Position numbers and translations under genes: made by a program
In this document: positions 50,755 through 62,539 of the stretch, one piece after another
Layout of the letters: each line of letters begins with the position of its first letter
Numbering within the stretch: the stretch's first letter is position 1
The notes under the pieces: model-generated
The model's input: the letters and a program-made list of their open reading frames with translations, nothing else
Database searches by the model: none
What the model was told of the DNA's origin: nothing
Assembly (NCBI RefSeq): GCF_009834535.1
Contig: NC_045696.1
Location: 52,330,001-52,394,000, forward strand
Length of the DNA: 64,000 bases
Direction of reading: 5' to 3'
DNA from: Camelus ferus
Taxonomy: Eukaryota

Positions 50755-51090
50755 AGAAAAAAGTACTTTATTAGAAAAAGTTTCAAATATACACAAAAAT
50801 AGAATAATATTAAGAATACTCGTGTACGCATTCCGCACCTTAAACAATTATCAACATTTTGTCTGCAGTATTATAAATCAAATTACAGATATCATAGTTT
50901 TTAATCTGAAAACACTTCTGCATACATTCCTAATGCTTAGGCACTTAAAAAAAGATAAAACCACAATTTTATTATACCAAATAATGTTAATAATAAGTTT
51001 ATGATATTCTTTAGTATCAGTCCATATTCAAATTCCCTGGTTGTTTCAAAGATTTGAGGATTGATTGGTTTGAATCAGGAGCCAAACAAG
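50755..51090 (-). mobile_element. L1MC-like 3' fragment
   Basis: 'tttcaaatatacacaaaaatagaata', 'cagtccatattcaaattccc', 'tttgaatcaggagccaaacaag'. Confidence 0.65.
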
Positions 51091-51509
51091 TAAACTGGGC
51101 TTTTTAATAACTAAAAGAGACCAGAAAGCTTTGAGATCTGTCTGGCATGTCATTAAAGAGCAGGAAAGGAAGATTTGACAGAACATAGTTCAAAGTAAGG
51201 ATTAGAGAAAAATAAAACTGTTTCATGTTTATACCCTACTGAGATCAGACTCTTCAATAAACTGGTTATACAAAAAAGTGCACAGTATTTTCTGTCTCTT
51301 AAAAAGCTCAGGGTTTAGGACAGTAGTGATACTTAGTTTTGGAAGGGTGTCATAGACACCTTTGAGAGATGATGAAAATTACCTGCATCTGTGTCCCCAC
51401 ACTTGCTCACAAAATTATGCATGCTATAAGAAGGAAAATGAAATTCCCAAAACTCATCCTGGAGCCAATGGAACCAGAGTTGAAACCTCAGATTTAGAGG
51501 GCAGGATGA

Positions 51510-52230
51510 AGACATGTAAATGAACCATTTACAATCCAAAGCAATAAAATTAGAACCAAACATATGTGCTATGGGAGCGCAGAGCAAAAGAGTGGCTAAT
51601 TTCTCTTAGGGCAAAGGGAAATTGATGTTGGAAGTGAAGTTTGACATTTTGAGTAAGAGTTTTTCAATCAGAAATGGTTAATTAAAGCTGGCATGCTAAA
51701 GTTGAGGGTGACAAGAGATGGTGCTAAACACCTTAGCTAGCAGGTCAAGAGCCACACAGAGCTATATGAAGCATTTTGAGTTTTGATTTGTCCCAGTCAC
51801 TTAAACTGGGAAGTGACATGATCAGATTTTCATACAGGAAATATAGCAACAGTGTAGGAGGTAGAATTCCAAATAGAGAGACTGGACACAATGAGGCATG
51901 GCAGCTGCTGTTACAGTGGTTGAAGTAAGAGATGACAGAGTCTGGACTATGGCACAGTCAATGAGGTTAGAGAAGAAGGAAGATTTTAAAAGGTATTTAG
52001 GAGAAAGAAGGAAGTAGTACATACATGGAAATGATAAAGGAAAAGGAGAAATCTAGGAGAGCAAAAATCCTAGTTTTAAGGTTCTGATAGAAAAGATAAT
52101 ACTGTTTACTGAAATAAAGGATACAGGGTGCACAGCTTGGTCAATGAGGAAGAGGGGACAGAAATAGGCCATTAGTTTGGGGCATATTGAATCTGAGGCA
52201 TCTATGGAACAAACAGGCCTTCCAGAAAGG
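51510..52230 (-). mobile_element. L2 fragments
   Basis: 'gtgctatgggagcgcagag', 'gaagtgacatgatcagattt', 'ttggggcatattgaatctgagg'. Confidence 0.7.
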
Positions 52231-53760
52231 GCTAGAAAAAAAAGAGCTCCTCTAGGAGCTGGCCCAGCACTTTAGGTGCAGAATGAGCATAGCCATTTAG
52301 GGTTAAAAATAGACCACAATTAGTTTGGGGTCCCAGTGAACTGTTAGGGCTTCTCCATGGCCAAAATTTTATTGTCCAAAACTTTACCCAATAAGCACGT
52401 GGATTGAAAAAAAAAAAGGTTAACCTCATTATAGTCTCTTATTTTAACTTCAATCCCATCTCACCTCCAAACTGCAGGTTTTTTCCAAATTAAAGTCTGA
52501 TCATATCCCTTTCCTACTTAAAACCTTTACATAGCTCCCCCATTGCCCTAGGGCAAAGCTCAAACTCCTCCTTACCTTCTCCTACTTAGGATAATGATGA
52601 TTGTTTTTCAATGTGGATATTAATTCTTCCAGGGAATCTTCCTAACCCCTCAGGGCCAAGTCTCAGTGAAGTAGAAACTATTGTAATCAACTTTCTACTT
52701 AATCTACATTTCCTTCTATTAAGCAGCTTGTCAAGAACTGGCTTCATTGAGTGATTTAGAAGGTGGTGCTGTGGAATGAAATTGAAGGCTTACCCTGTGC
52801 CAGGTAGTTTGAAAGGGGTTGAAACTACAGTGGTGAGGCAATTGACGTATGAACTCCAAATTGCTTTCTCTCAATTATGTATTGTGTCCTCAAGAGATTA
52901 AAATGCTAAACTTGGTTTTTGGACATAGGATATGCTCCTTATCTTTTCTCCCAGAATGATAATAAAATTCTTTGTGACTGTAAAATTGGACCCTTTGTTG
53001 GTCAGTTTTTGCCCTCTGCTCACTCCCAGAAGGACTGTTCTTTAACCTGTCCTCAATTTGATTTCTTATCCAAGAATGAGAAATGGGACTCTAAATTAAG
53101 AGTGAAGATGGTGAGAAAGAAGGCATAGAAGCTGGGTGAGAGAAAAACAAACACACAATGTGTAATTTTTACCTTGGAAAGGCAGCCGATGAAATGAGCG
53201 AAAGAACAGGCTATTTGAGTCATATTAAATTCTGTGCTGTGCCGTGTAAACACATCATGAGAAAAGTGTTAATCTAATGTTGGGCACACTATGAAAATCT
53301 GTTGGTCCAAAACTATTTTCCATTTTCGAGGGACTAGAGCTTTGCATTTCTTGGAAGCATTGATCTGTGTAAGTGCAGGTCGATCAAGGCTTTTGTGTTT
53401 GCATTTAAATGTTAATCAATCACATTTTATTAAAAATTTAAGGCAAGATTGAGAATGGAAAAGTGTATGGGTCTGTCCTTATGACAAAGAAGTCAAGTTG
53501 AGTTCCATTCATAAATGACTTGAGAATTTCATAATGTATGGAATATTAGGGACCCATCTGGACAACAGATACCGGTGGTGGTAATGATCAACTGGGTTTG
53601 GGGGTAGGACTAATGAACATTTATTGACAATCTCTACTTTGTAAGATGAGAAAGTGCCTTCCATGATGTCTGGACAAATCAACAGTGCATCTAAGCATTC
53701 CATTAATCATTCCACAAACAGTTATAGTAATAATTATTATCATTTAAAATATTTTGAATA

Positions 53761-53765
<5 letters not shown>

Positions 53766-53797
<32 letters not shown>
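53766..53797. repeat. (AT)n microsatellite at an L1 tail
   Basis: About 16 perfect AT units. Confidence 0.95.
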
Positions 53798-53801
<4 letters not shown>

Positions 53802-54445
53802 CATTGTGGTAACACATTCATAACAAAATTTACCATTATAACAATTTTTAAGGGTACAGTTCAAGTACATTTATATTGTTCTGCAACCATCACCACCCTC
53901 CACCTCTAGAACTTTTGTATCTTTCCAGACTGAAACTCTATACCTGTTATACAATAACTCTTCATTGCCCACCCACCCAAACCCCTGGCAACCACCAATT
54001 TTCTTCCTTCTCTATGAATTTGACCACTTAGGTATCGCATATATGTGCAATCATACAATATTTGTTATTTTGTGACTAGTTTATTTCACTTACCATAATG
54101 TCCTCAAGGTTCATCTGTGTTGTAGTATGTGTCAAAATTATCTTCCTTTTGAGGATGAATAATATTCCATTGTATGTATGTACCACATACCTAAATTGTG
54201 TTTATTTATCAATAGACACTTTGGTTGTTTCCATCTTTTGGCTATTGTGAATAATGCTGTTATGAACATGGGTGTACAAGTAAATGTTCAAATCCTTGCT
54301 TTCAGTTCTTTTGGGTATATACCCAGAAGTAGAATTGCTGGATCACATGGTAATTCTATGTTTATTTATTTGAGAAACTATCATACTGTTTTCCACAGTG
54401 GCAGCACCATTTTATATTCCAACCAGTAATGCACAAGTGTTCCAA
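53798..54445 (-). mobile_element. L1MA/L1MB 3' UTR
   Basis: 'taacaaaatttaccatt', 'cccctggcaaccacc', 'atgtcctcaaggttcatc', 'gctattgtgaataatgctg', 'cccagaagtagaattgctggatca'. Confidence 0.93.
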
Positions 54446-54864
54446 AAAATTTTTTTAACTTAAAGTTAATAGGAAAAACACTGGAAAACGTTGGAAAGGA
54501 AAGTTGGATTTTGAAAAGTCAAGTGAAGAAAGTTAACCTGTTTTACTCTCCTTTTTTAATTCTCTAAACCAGAAGGGTTTCCCAACTGATGAGTCTCAAA
54601 TAAGTTTCAGATGTATTCTGATGCTTATCCCCTAATCTCTGGGGTAGAGGGGAGAGAGAGAGACTTTGGAGGATGGGGTCCTGGGGCATCAGGCAGGCCT
54701 GGGACTAACAGCTTGCAGCTTGGAGCAGTTTCCCCATTTACTTCAATGTGCCTTACAAATGTTGTTTTCTTTGTAGGCTAGTATATGAAAAAGGTTAGGA
54801 TGTACTGCTCTAAACGATAGGAGTAGAGCCAGGATTAAAATCAGGAAGGGATGTAAAAGCATAA

Positions 54865-55030
54865 AATATTTATTGAATAAATATAAAAAAGTGTTTTTTG
54901 AACAACTGCTCTATCCAGTGCCTAGGTCAGAATGTGGGGATACTGTGGGGTAAATAAGATAGAAACATTATGCTTTCAAAGAGCTCAGTCTCTTGAAGTA
55001 TAAGTGAAAAAAAAAACAATGACAATATAG
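54865..55030 (-). mobile_element. L2 3' fragment
   Basis: 'atatttattgaa', 'gggatactgtggggtaaataagata', 'caaagagctcagtct'. Confidence 0.5.
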
Positions 55031-58000
55031 TTGTAATGTACTGAAGGATGAGAAAACTACAAGGCCTTACATATATCCCCCAACCACCAGCTTCCACCCA
55101 TTCAGATCTTGAGATTTGATGAAAGATCCCTATGAACTTTTCTCACTTCCCCTGCCATGGGAAGCCAAATATAATGCCCACTTCCCACTTTGAGGGATGT
55201 GGATGTTCAAGGTAACTTGGCCATGTCAGAAGACAAATGGCCTATATGGATTGAATGTAGACATTTTTAAAAATCTTAGTAGTGTTTGATGGATAAAGTG
55301 TCAGGACTTAAGAAAATTATTTGCATTATAACAGAGGAATAATTACGAAAATGCACTGGAGCCTTCCCTGAGGACTTCTCTCTATCTGGGCTCCAAGCTG
55401 AGTTGGGCTCTGATTCTCTCTGCTTTCAGAACCCTAGGTTTATTTCTTATGAAAGCCACAACCACGTAATCCTGTGGTTGTTTGATTATTTACCCAATTC
55501 TCTTATTTATCTCTAAGTGTCATGGTGGATGAGATCCTACCCAGAAATGTTTGTTGGATAGATAAGTAAGTGGGTAGAAAGACAGCTACAAAATAATTGG
55601 GACCATTTACATGAAGTAGTCAAGATACCCACAGTAACTTAAGAGAAATTTCTCTTGGAAATCAGACACTAAATATTCACTGTTGGGAATTCTGACCACT
55701 ATAAAATGGTGGCATGGTACTACCATAGTTCTTCCACTGCAGCACAGTAATTTCCAAATTGTCCTGTTAGATTTCTTTCCTAAAGTCTTCCCCTCCCCAC
55801 CCTCCAAAAAATCAATATACGACTGAATGTCTACATATGTTACAATTGTCTGAGTTCATGATGTTATTGGGTTTTTTTGTTAAATGGGTATAATCTAGCA
55901 AATGAGACATAAAAATTTTGCTACACTTTATCTGGAGTAATTTTAAGAGACTCTTCTCATAATTAGCACAATTATCTCCATTTTTCACCCAACTTGATTG
56001 CTTATATACTTTTGATTTGAGGTAGAAGGATGGTAGAAAGGTCTCATTTTAGCTTTCCCATTTTTAACCAGAAGTAAGATTACTTCTAAAAAGTTGATAA
56101 AGAGTATCCCAAAGAATCGAGGAAGTGTGGGATGAGGACTATGCTAAATAGTGCTTTGGTGGTAAACATTTTGATCTGAAATGTAAAAGCATACACATCC
56201 TGATAGGAAGAGGATACATAATATCTCTTTAACTCAGAGCATCAGTATTCCTATTCCAGCCTGGCTGAAATTCTGGGAAGTGCTGAAAATCTCCAAAGCA
56301 AAGTGCCAGATGTCATTTCTGGATCCTGGATACATGGGCTTGGTTGCTAAGAAGATGATGCCTTCTCCCTTCGCCACACTCGTCTGACGCCTGAGCAACA
56401 GGGAGTTGATGTAAGCAGAGCAGGGATCTAACAATGTCAACTGTGCTGACATCATCCTAGCTGTGTGGGGCTGATGGGAATTCAGAATATCAAACATCAT
56501 GCCAAGGGCAGCAACCAGGTGTGACTCATTTCCCTGGAGAAGCGGGAGAGAAGGGCAGGATTATCTCACACTGACACACACACAGCCTTTCAAACCAAGC
56601 TATTTGACTGGCTTATTTAAAAGCAGCAAGACCTCGTTCTGTCTCCATTTTTTCTACCGGAACACTTTGTATTCCACTCTTGTGTGTCTCAGTATAGAAT
56701 TGAGTGTTTTGACATCATAATATATTAAAATACACATTTCTTAGGATCATTAATTTCCATTTTACATAAGCCCATCTATGAGAACGAAGTTAAACAAAGA
56801 ATTTTGCTTTTCTCTATTTTTCCCTTCTGATATCACCTAGTGAACTGTTGAGATATCACTGAATTGAAAAGGAGCTGAACGAAAGAGCATGCTCTAGAGC
56901 TGACGACATTGCTTTGGGATTGCTAAATGAGTACAGCCCTTCAGTATCCTAGCAGAGTATACTGCTTAGTGCAGGAGGAAGGGAGGCATAGTAAATGTTT
57001 CCTGAATGAACAGTATGGGAATCCTGTAAGTTCTTGTGTGTGGGTGTCAACATGCAGGCTCTCACCTACTTTCTGGAGTTGATTATTTATAAGTTGCCCT
57101 TAAGGGATAATGGGCAGTGAAACTGGGTCCAATAATCATTTTGTTGTTAATGAAGGTACTGATTTCACAAAGCTCCTACCCATTTGGAACATTTCATTAG
57201 AATGATTGGGCTAGGGCAATTAAGTTAGAAAGGGATGTACATCAAAGCAGTCAAAAAGCCTTCTGCTTCTAAAGATTTAGTGCTTTTTAGTAATAGAAGA
57301 GATACAGTAGGACGACTTAGGGTCATATGCTCTCCAAAATTATCCTAAAGTGTCTTATCATTCTGTGGAATACTAATTTACCTATGTCTTATGTCAGCCA
57401 TAACACAAGAAACCCAAGAACAATAATTGTTGTTACCTTGAACTCAGTGTTAAAAAAAAGAAAGTACCATTTATTCTTTTATTTACTATGAATGTTTAGA
57501 AAAACAGTATTTGCATGCCAAATTGTGAAACATATTGGAATCAATGTATATTAGCTGTGATCGGTATAGATTGAACAGGACAGAAACAGAATGATATGTT
57601 TCAGATCAGTCTATAGTATAGTACTTGTACAACGCAGATGATGTTGGAGGCAGTGGCAGGGGAGAATATGAAAAGGGAAGGGGTGGCTTCTTTAGGATGG
57701 TATCTAGTACGACATAAAGAACTCCAGGTTGTTGTTATGAGGTAATAAGTGAGTTGATAAGAGACATGAAAAGATGTTAGTTTGTTCCTAAAAGGCATCT
57801 TAAATGTCTGAAGCAGATTGTTGAGAAACAGGGAATTTTATATTTCATTTCCTCTCCTTTGAAAGTTACTTGGTAAGGGATTTTTCTGTCTCTTTGTCTC
57901 CAGTCATAATTCCTAATGCAGGGAGGCTGAGATTCACACAGTGGTTACTTGTAATGTTTGATGGTGATGCTGAAGATGCTGATGATGAATTTGTGCATCC

Positions 58001-58879
58001 AAGTGATTCTCCAACTGGCTCTTTGGATCCTCTAGAATATCCTGGGGGAACATCTCTACATGCTTGAAGAGTTGCCATCCTAATAGTCCCAGGATCTTGG
58101 CTGTTATAAAAATCCTCTCATATTTTCTCCTTCAATTTCCTGAGAGACCTACCTGATAGTTGTGTGAGTCCCCTTTGGGGATGTCATGATGCACTGCTAC
58201 AGGGTCCTTTGGGAAGGAAGTAGAAAAGGTAAAAAGATGCGAAGTCATTATTCTTGAGACAGACTATTCAGATGAGAGTATGTGGTTAATACTATTTTAT
58301 AAACCATGTGGGCTAAGCACATCTTCTCCCTGTGTACCCCACAGAGAGAAAATAGTATTCCTTATCACGAACACTGTAGCATGTCTCCCCTTGGGCATCA
58401 CCCTTAATAATCAGCCTGAGATGGAACAGTTAGAAGCCATAAGGGAGAAATTTTCATAACTGCTCAGAAAATTCCTCCTCTTAGATTTTCTTTAGGGACT
58501 GTGTGATTGGTGGTCATGCCTACATTTCTTTCAAATTCTTTCTTCACATCTAGTAAAGAAAACTCATGTACAGTTCTGCTGCCATAGGATGCTGAATTAG
58601 ATCGGATATAAATGAAGAATGCAGAGTTCTTGAAAACTTCCTGATCTTGAAATGCAGAATAGAGATCAAAACAGTTTTAAGCATTGTTCTCTGTTCCTTT
58701 GCTGACCACACAGGGTTATAAAACAATTATTAGCCCCCTTCTAGTTTCTTTATGATAGCATTGTGTAATCAAGGATTATTATTAGAATTAAGCTTATTTA
58801 TTTGTCTTGGAAAACTCTACTAGCTATGAGATTTAGGGGGTGTTTGTTAAGATAAGTGGGAAGTGAATTTGCTATGTGC

Positions 58880-59130
58880 AAACTAGAGCTGCTGTCACAG
58901 AGCTCAAAATACAGAGCTTTAAACAAGATAAAGTTTATTTCTCTCTCATGTAATAGTCCAGAGTGATAAGGTGGCTCTTCAAATCTCAACCCCAGGCTTT
59001 ATCATTGGGCCCAAGAGAGTGGTACCATTTCTCTCCATCTCCCAGGCAGCCAGCGGAAAGGAGGAAGGGTCAGGGGAATGCATGTCTGATTGTTTTAAAA
59101 GCAAGACCTGAAAGGTACATGCATGTTCTT
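58880..59130 (-). mobile_element. Old MaLR LTR (MLT1L-like)
   Basis: 'ttaaacaagataaagtttatttctctctcatgtaatagtcc', 'ggcagccagcggaaaggaggaaggg'. Confidence 0.75.
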
Positions 59131-59539
59131 GAGAGAGGCTAAGGAAGCCTAAGCTTTAGCCAGAGAATGATAACAGGGATAGGCAATAGACTTGGAAGCT
59201 GAGTAATGAGGAGAAGGGGTACTTTGAGAACATTAATTTGAGAAGCTGATGGTAGAAATGTGTAGTGTGGAAGAGAGAAGCCTTGGGGACATTGATCTGC
59301 ACCATATTAAGTCTTCAGTCAAGAATACTGGGAGTTCTGTTTGGGAGGTTTCCAAAAAGCAAAAAGCTAGAAGCCAGTAATATTCAAAACTCTAAGAACA
59401 AGATGAAGAACTACCAGATTGGGCCAAAAAAGACTTGGAGGCCACAGATACTTTCTGCTGTATGAGCAGCTATAAAGGGGAAAGGGCATGCCAGTCCATT
59501 TAGGAGAACTTGTGGTTGGCTTTTATAGAAACTACTTGT

Positions 59540-60400
59540 TAGAGGAGATGATTACTTCCCATTAGCAACATGTTGATTGGAGACCCAGAAACTTCAGTGG
59601 TTAGAGATTTTGGAATAATATCTGCATATAAGATAATTGGTGAAGAAGCTGGTACTAGAAAGGGGTTGGCAATTATATAACCCTCTAGAAAAGACCAAAT
59701 TAGGTGGAGGCATATTGTTAGTGAATGTGACTTAGGGGTCCCACTGTTGCACAGAAGACTGTCATATAGTCTGTATAACTTAAAGAGAGGTAGGATTTGC
59801 CACAATGGTTTTGTTAAAAAACATGCCATGGTGCAAAATTATAGGAATTTCACTAACCCTAGAAAGGTCAGATGCCCATGGCTACAGATATGAGGCATGG
59901 TCTGCAGAGTTGATGGGGGTGGGGGTGGTTGTCAGGGCAGGGTATAATATGGAAGAGAATCTAAGGGTGATATACACAGAACCCACAGTTAATCCATAAG
60001 ATTCTCCTGGTTCAAGTTCTCTATGAATCAGTGTTCCTCAAAAGGTAAAGAAAGATCTGAGGATGCCTTAATGAATTCAAATTACTCTGAGAATCTGTGA
60101 AAATTCTTGTTCTATTTAGATCTCACAAGGCCCTCTGGAGTCATCTTCGACTGGCAGAAGTCATGGGGTCTCTAGAACTTGTGAGAAGTGAGTTCTGACA
60201 TTTATGTAAAAGTAGATGCCTTGAGCCTGGCCTGTTTCTAATCTGAACCAGGTATGTTTTTTGGTCCATGGCCTTAGCCAAAACTGCCTCGGGCAGTCTA
60301 TACCCTCTGCAAAAGGTGCAGAGAAGTGGTTCCCCATCCAGGTAGAAATTATTTAACATATGCCCACAAGCTTTATTGATAAGACAATAGCAGACTGAAC
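59540..60400 (-). mobile_element. Possible fossil APE-type endonuclease of an ancient non-LTR element (L4/RTE-X-like)
   Basis: Degenerate motifs in the correct order on the minus strand: YLDG, GYRLPEAVLA, LTVGSVYI, LLCNSG, LEGYIIAN, SNHLL. Confidence 0.4.
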
Positions 60401-62304
60401 CCACAACAACTAGAAGATTCATAATTGTTTCCTCAAATATTGATAGTGTAGTTTGTACTTTCTGTAGCAACAGAGTCCTATCAAAATGGTATGCAGGTGA
60501 CTATTCCTGCATGTTATTAAGGTAGTATTACAGTATTTGGCCAAGAGATCCAGAGTATCTATTCACATCCAGATCTTCACTGACCAATTCTTGCCTCGGA
60601 AGACTCCAAGAAATAGTTGTACAGAGGAGATAAATCACGGAAAAGTAACATCTGGAGCTTTGTATCCAAACTCCAATGCAGAACTCTGGTGCGTTTAGCT
60701 GGACTCTGTGCGGAAGTCCATTGCTTAAGCAGTGTATATATTGAATGGCCTAAAACCAGCGGCTGAAAGGCCCACTTGCTTCATTTTCGCCTCCCAGCTA
60801 AAACCTGGGGTTGGATATTACAGTTCAGGACTCATATACCCTTGAGAAGCAGAAGGGAAAGCAAGGTTGAGAGACCTAAGAAAGGTGGATAAGAGTAGGA
60901 CTTTTGAGACCATATTTTAAATCCCCAAATTCCTGAGACTTAGTGTCCAAAAAGGAACCCAAAGATGATTCCTAATTGCTTTTGAAATTTCAGCACTTGG
61001 AACTGAGGCCCAATGTGTGTCCTTTTATTTGACCAATTTAGATCAGCCCATCTCCTATTTGAGGGTGTGGAAGAAAGACAGCACTAGAGGATATAGGCAG
61101 GGAGGAATATCAATGTGTCCAAGAAGCTCCTTGAAGAGGTCAATAGTTACCTCATTCTCACCAGAAATTTTATATTGTTCTTGACACAATGCAGATTTAA
61201 GAAGTAGGCCATATTTGTTGGATATTCCCAATTGAGAACTCTGCTATTAAAGCATTTATGCGTCTGGCTTTACCTGGGCTCCTTACAGCATAGATTCAGT
61301 GGATGAGTATTGAGAAGGGGTGAATGAAAAATATTCAGGACCCCACCAACAGACACAGTGTGTGGCTCAAATCCTCATAGCAGTTTCAATGGCATAATGT
61401 AGAATAGGACCCAGGGCTTCCACCATTAGGGTCAGTGCCCCGACTAGATCAAGCTTTTCTCCTTCCTTTGAAGAAATGCTGCCTGTGGTGAGTTCTGCGC
61501 ATCTGCTTTAAATAGCTCATTATTTTCTCACAGGGCTCTTTTACTAATGTTAAGTTATTTAGATATTATTTCCCTGATAAATATTTTAATCTTTTCTTTC
61601 GTATTTTACAACATTAATTTTGTTTTAAATCCCATATCTCCTGAAGCTCACTGTTTTCTTGCCTGGGGATATAGTTTTCCATTTGGTGCTTCCATTTTGA
61701 TTGAAGGATTGAACAATAAAGGCTCATCTTTGTACAAAGGACAATTTATTATTTATGCGAGTCAGAAATGTGTAGCATTTCTGTGTGTGGGAAATGAAGG
61801 GAGTGAATATCTAACCCATCTGATTGATAGTTATATTAAAGGTTGTAGTCAGTTAAATAAGTCCCTTTGGATTGATATAAGAACCTTATGTTTTTCTTGA
61901 AGTATTATTTCAGTAAATATTTGGTATTTATAATTTATTTGTCCTGCTGTATTTTCCAACTGCTGTTCACCAAAGGATCACAATTTGAATATTAATTAAT
62001 ATTAATTAAATGTTAATTGTTGAAAATGTGTTATAAAAATAATATTTAATAAAAATGTATTTTTGAAAATTGTGTGCTTCCTAGATCTAAATATTGACAT
62101 TTAAGGTCCTAGGTTATTGCATGGATCTTTCTCTGGTGGCTCTGAAAAAATCCCTCCAGGCAATATTATTTAACATAATTGGTTTCTTAGCATACTGAGA
62201 GATAAGGAACAATGTAGTCTAGTGTTTCAGTTTGGAACTGAAATGTCACACAGACCAAGGCCAAGCTGTGATTTCCTCTACAACAGGGGTTGGTATATTT
62301 TTCT

Positions 62305-62539
62305 TTTTTTTTAGCTCTTTTTTTCTTTTCCCTTTTCAGTTTTATTAGGTAGAATTATTATAGTTCAACTGCATATACACATTATATTGCATGTAAATAC
62401 ATGTATACATTATACTGTACTTTTTTTAGTTTTAATACATGTGCGAATTATTTTTTTTGAGAACAGATTAGATCTTTAGCTTTTTAAACTTACGTAGTTA
62501 TCAAAGGAATAAAGCCACAAAATTTTGATTGAAAAAGAC
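62305..62539 (-). pseudogene. Retroposed 3'-end fragment of unidentified origin (retrocopy or orphan LINE tail)
   Basis: Perfect 14-bp TSD TGGTATATTTTTCT (62291-62304, 62540-62553); minus-strand AATAAA (62341-62346) and an A-rich tail next to the left TSD. Confidence 0.75.
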
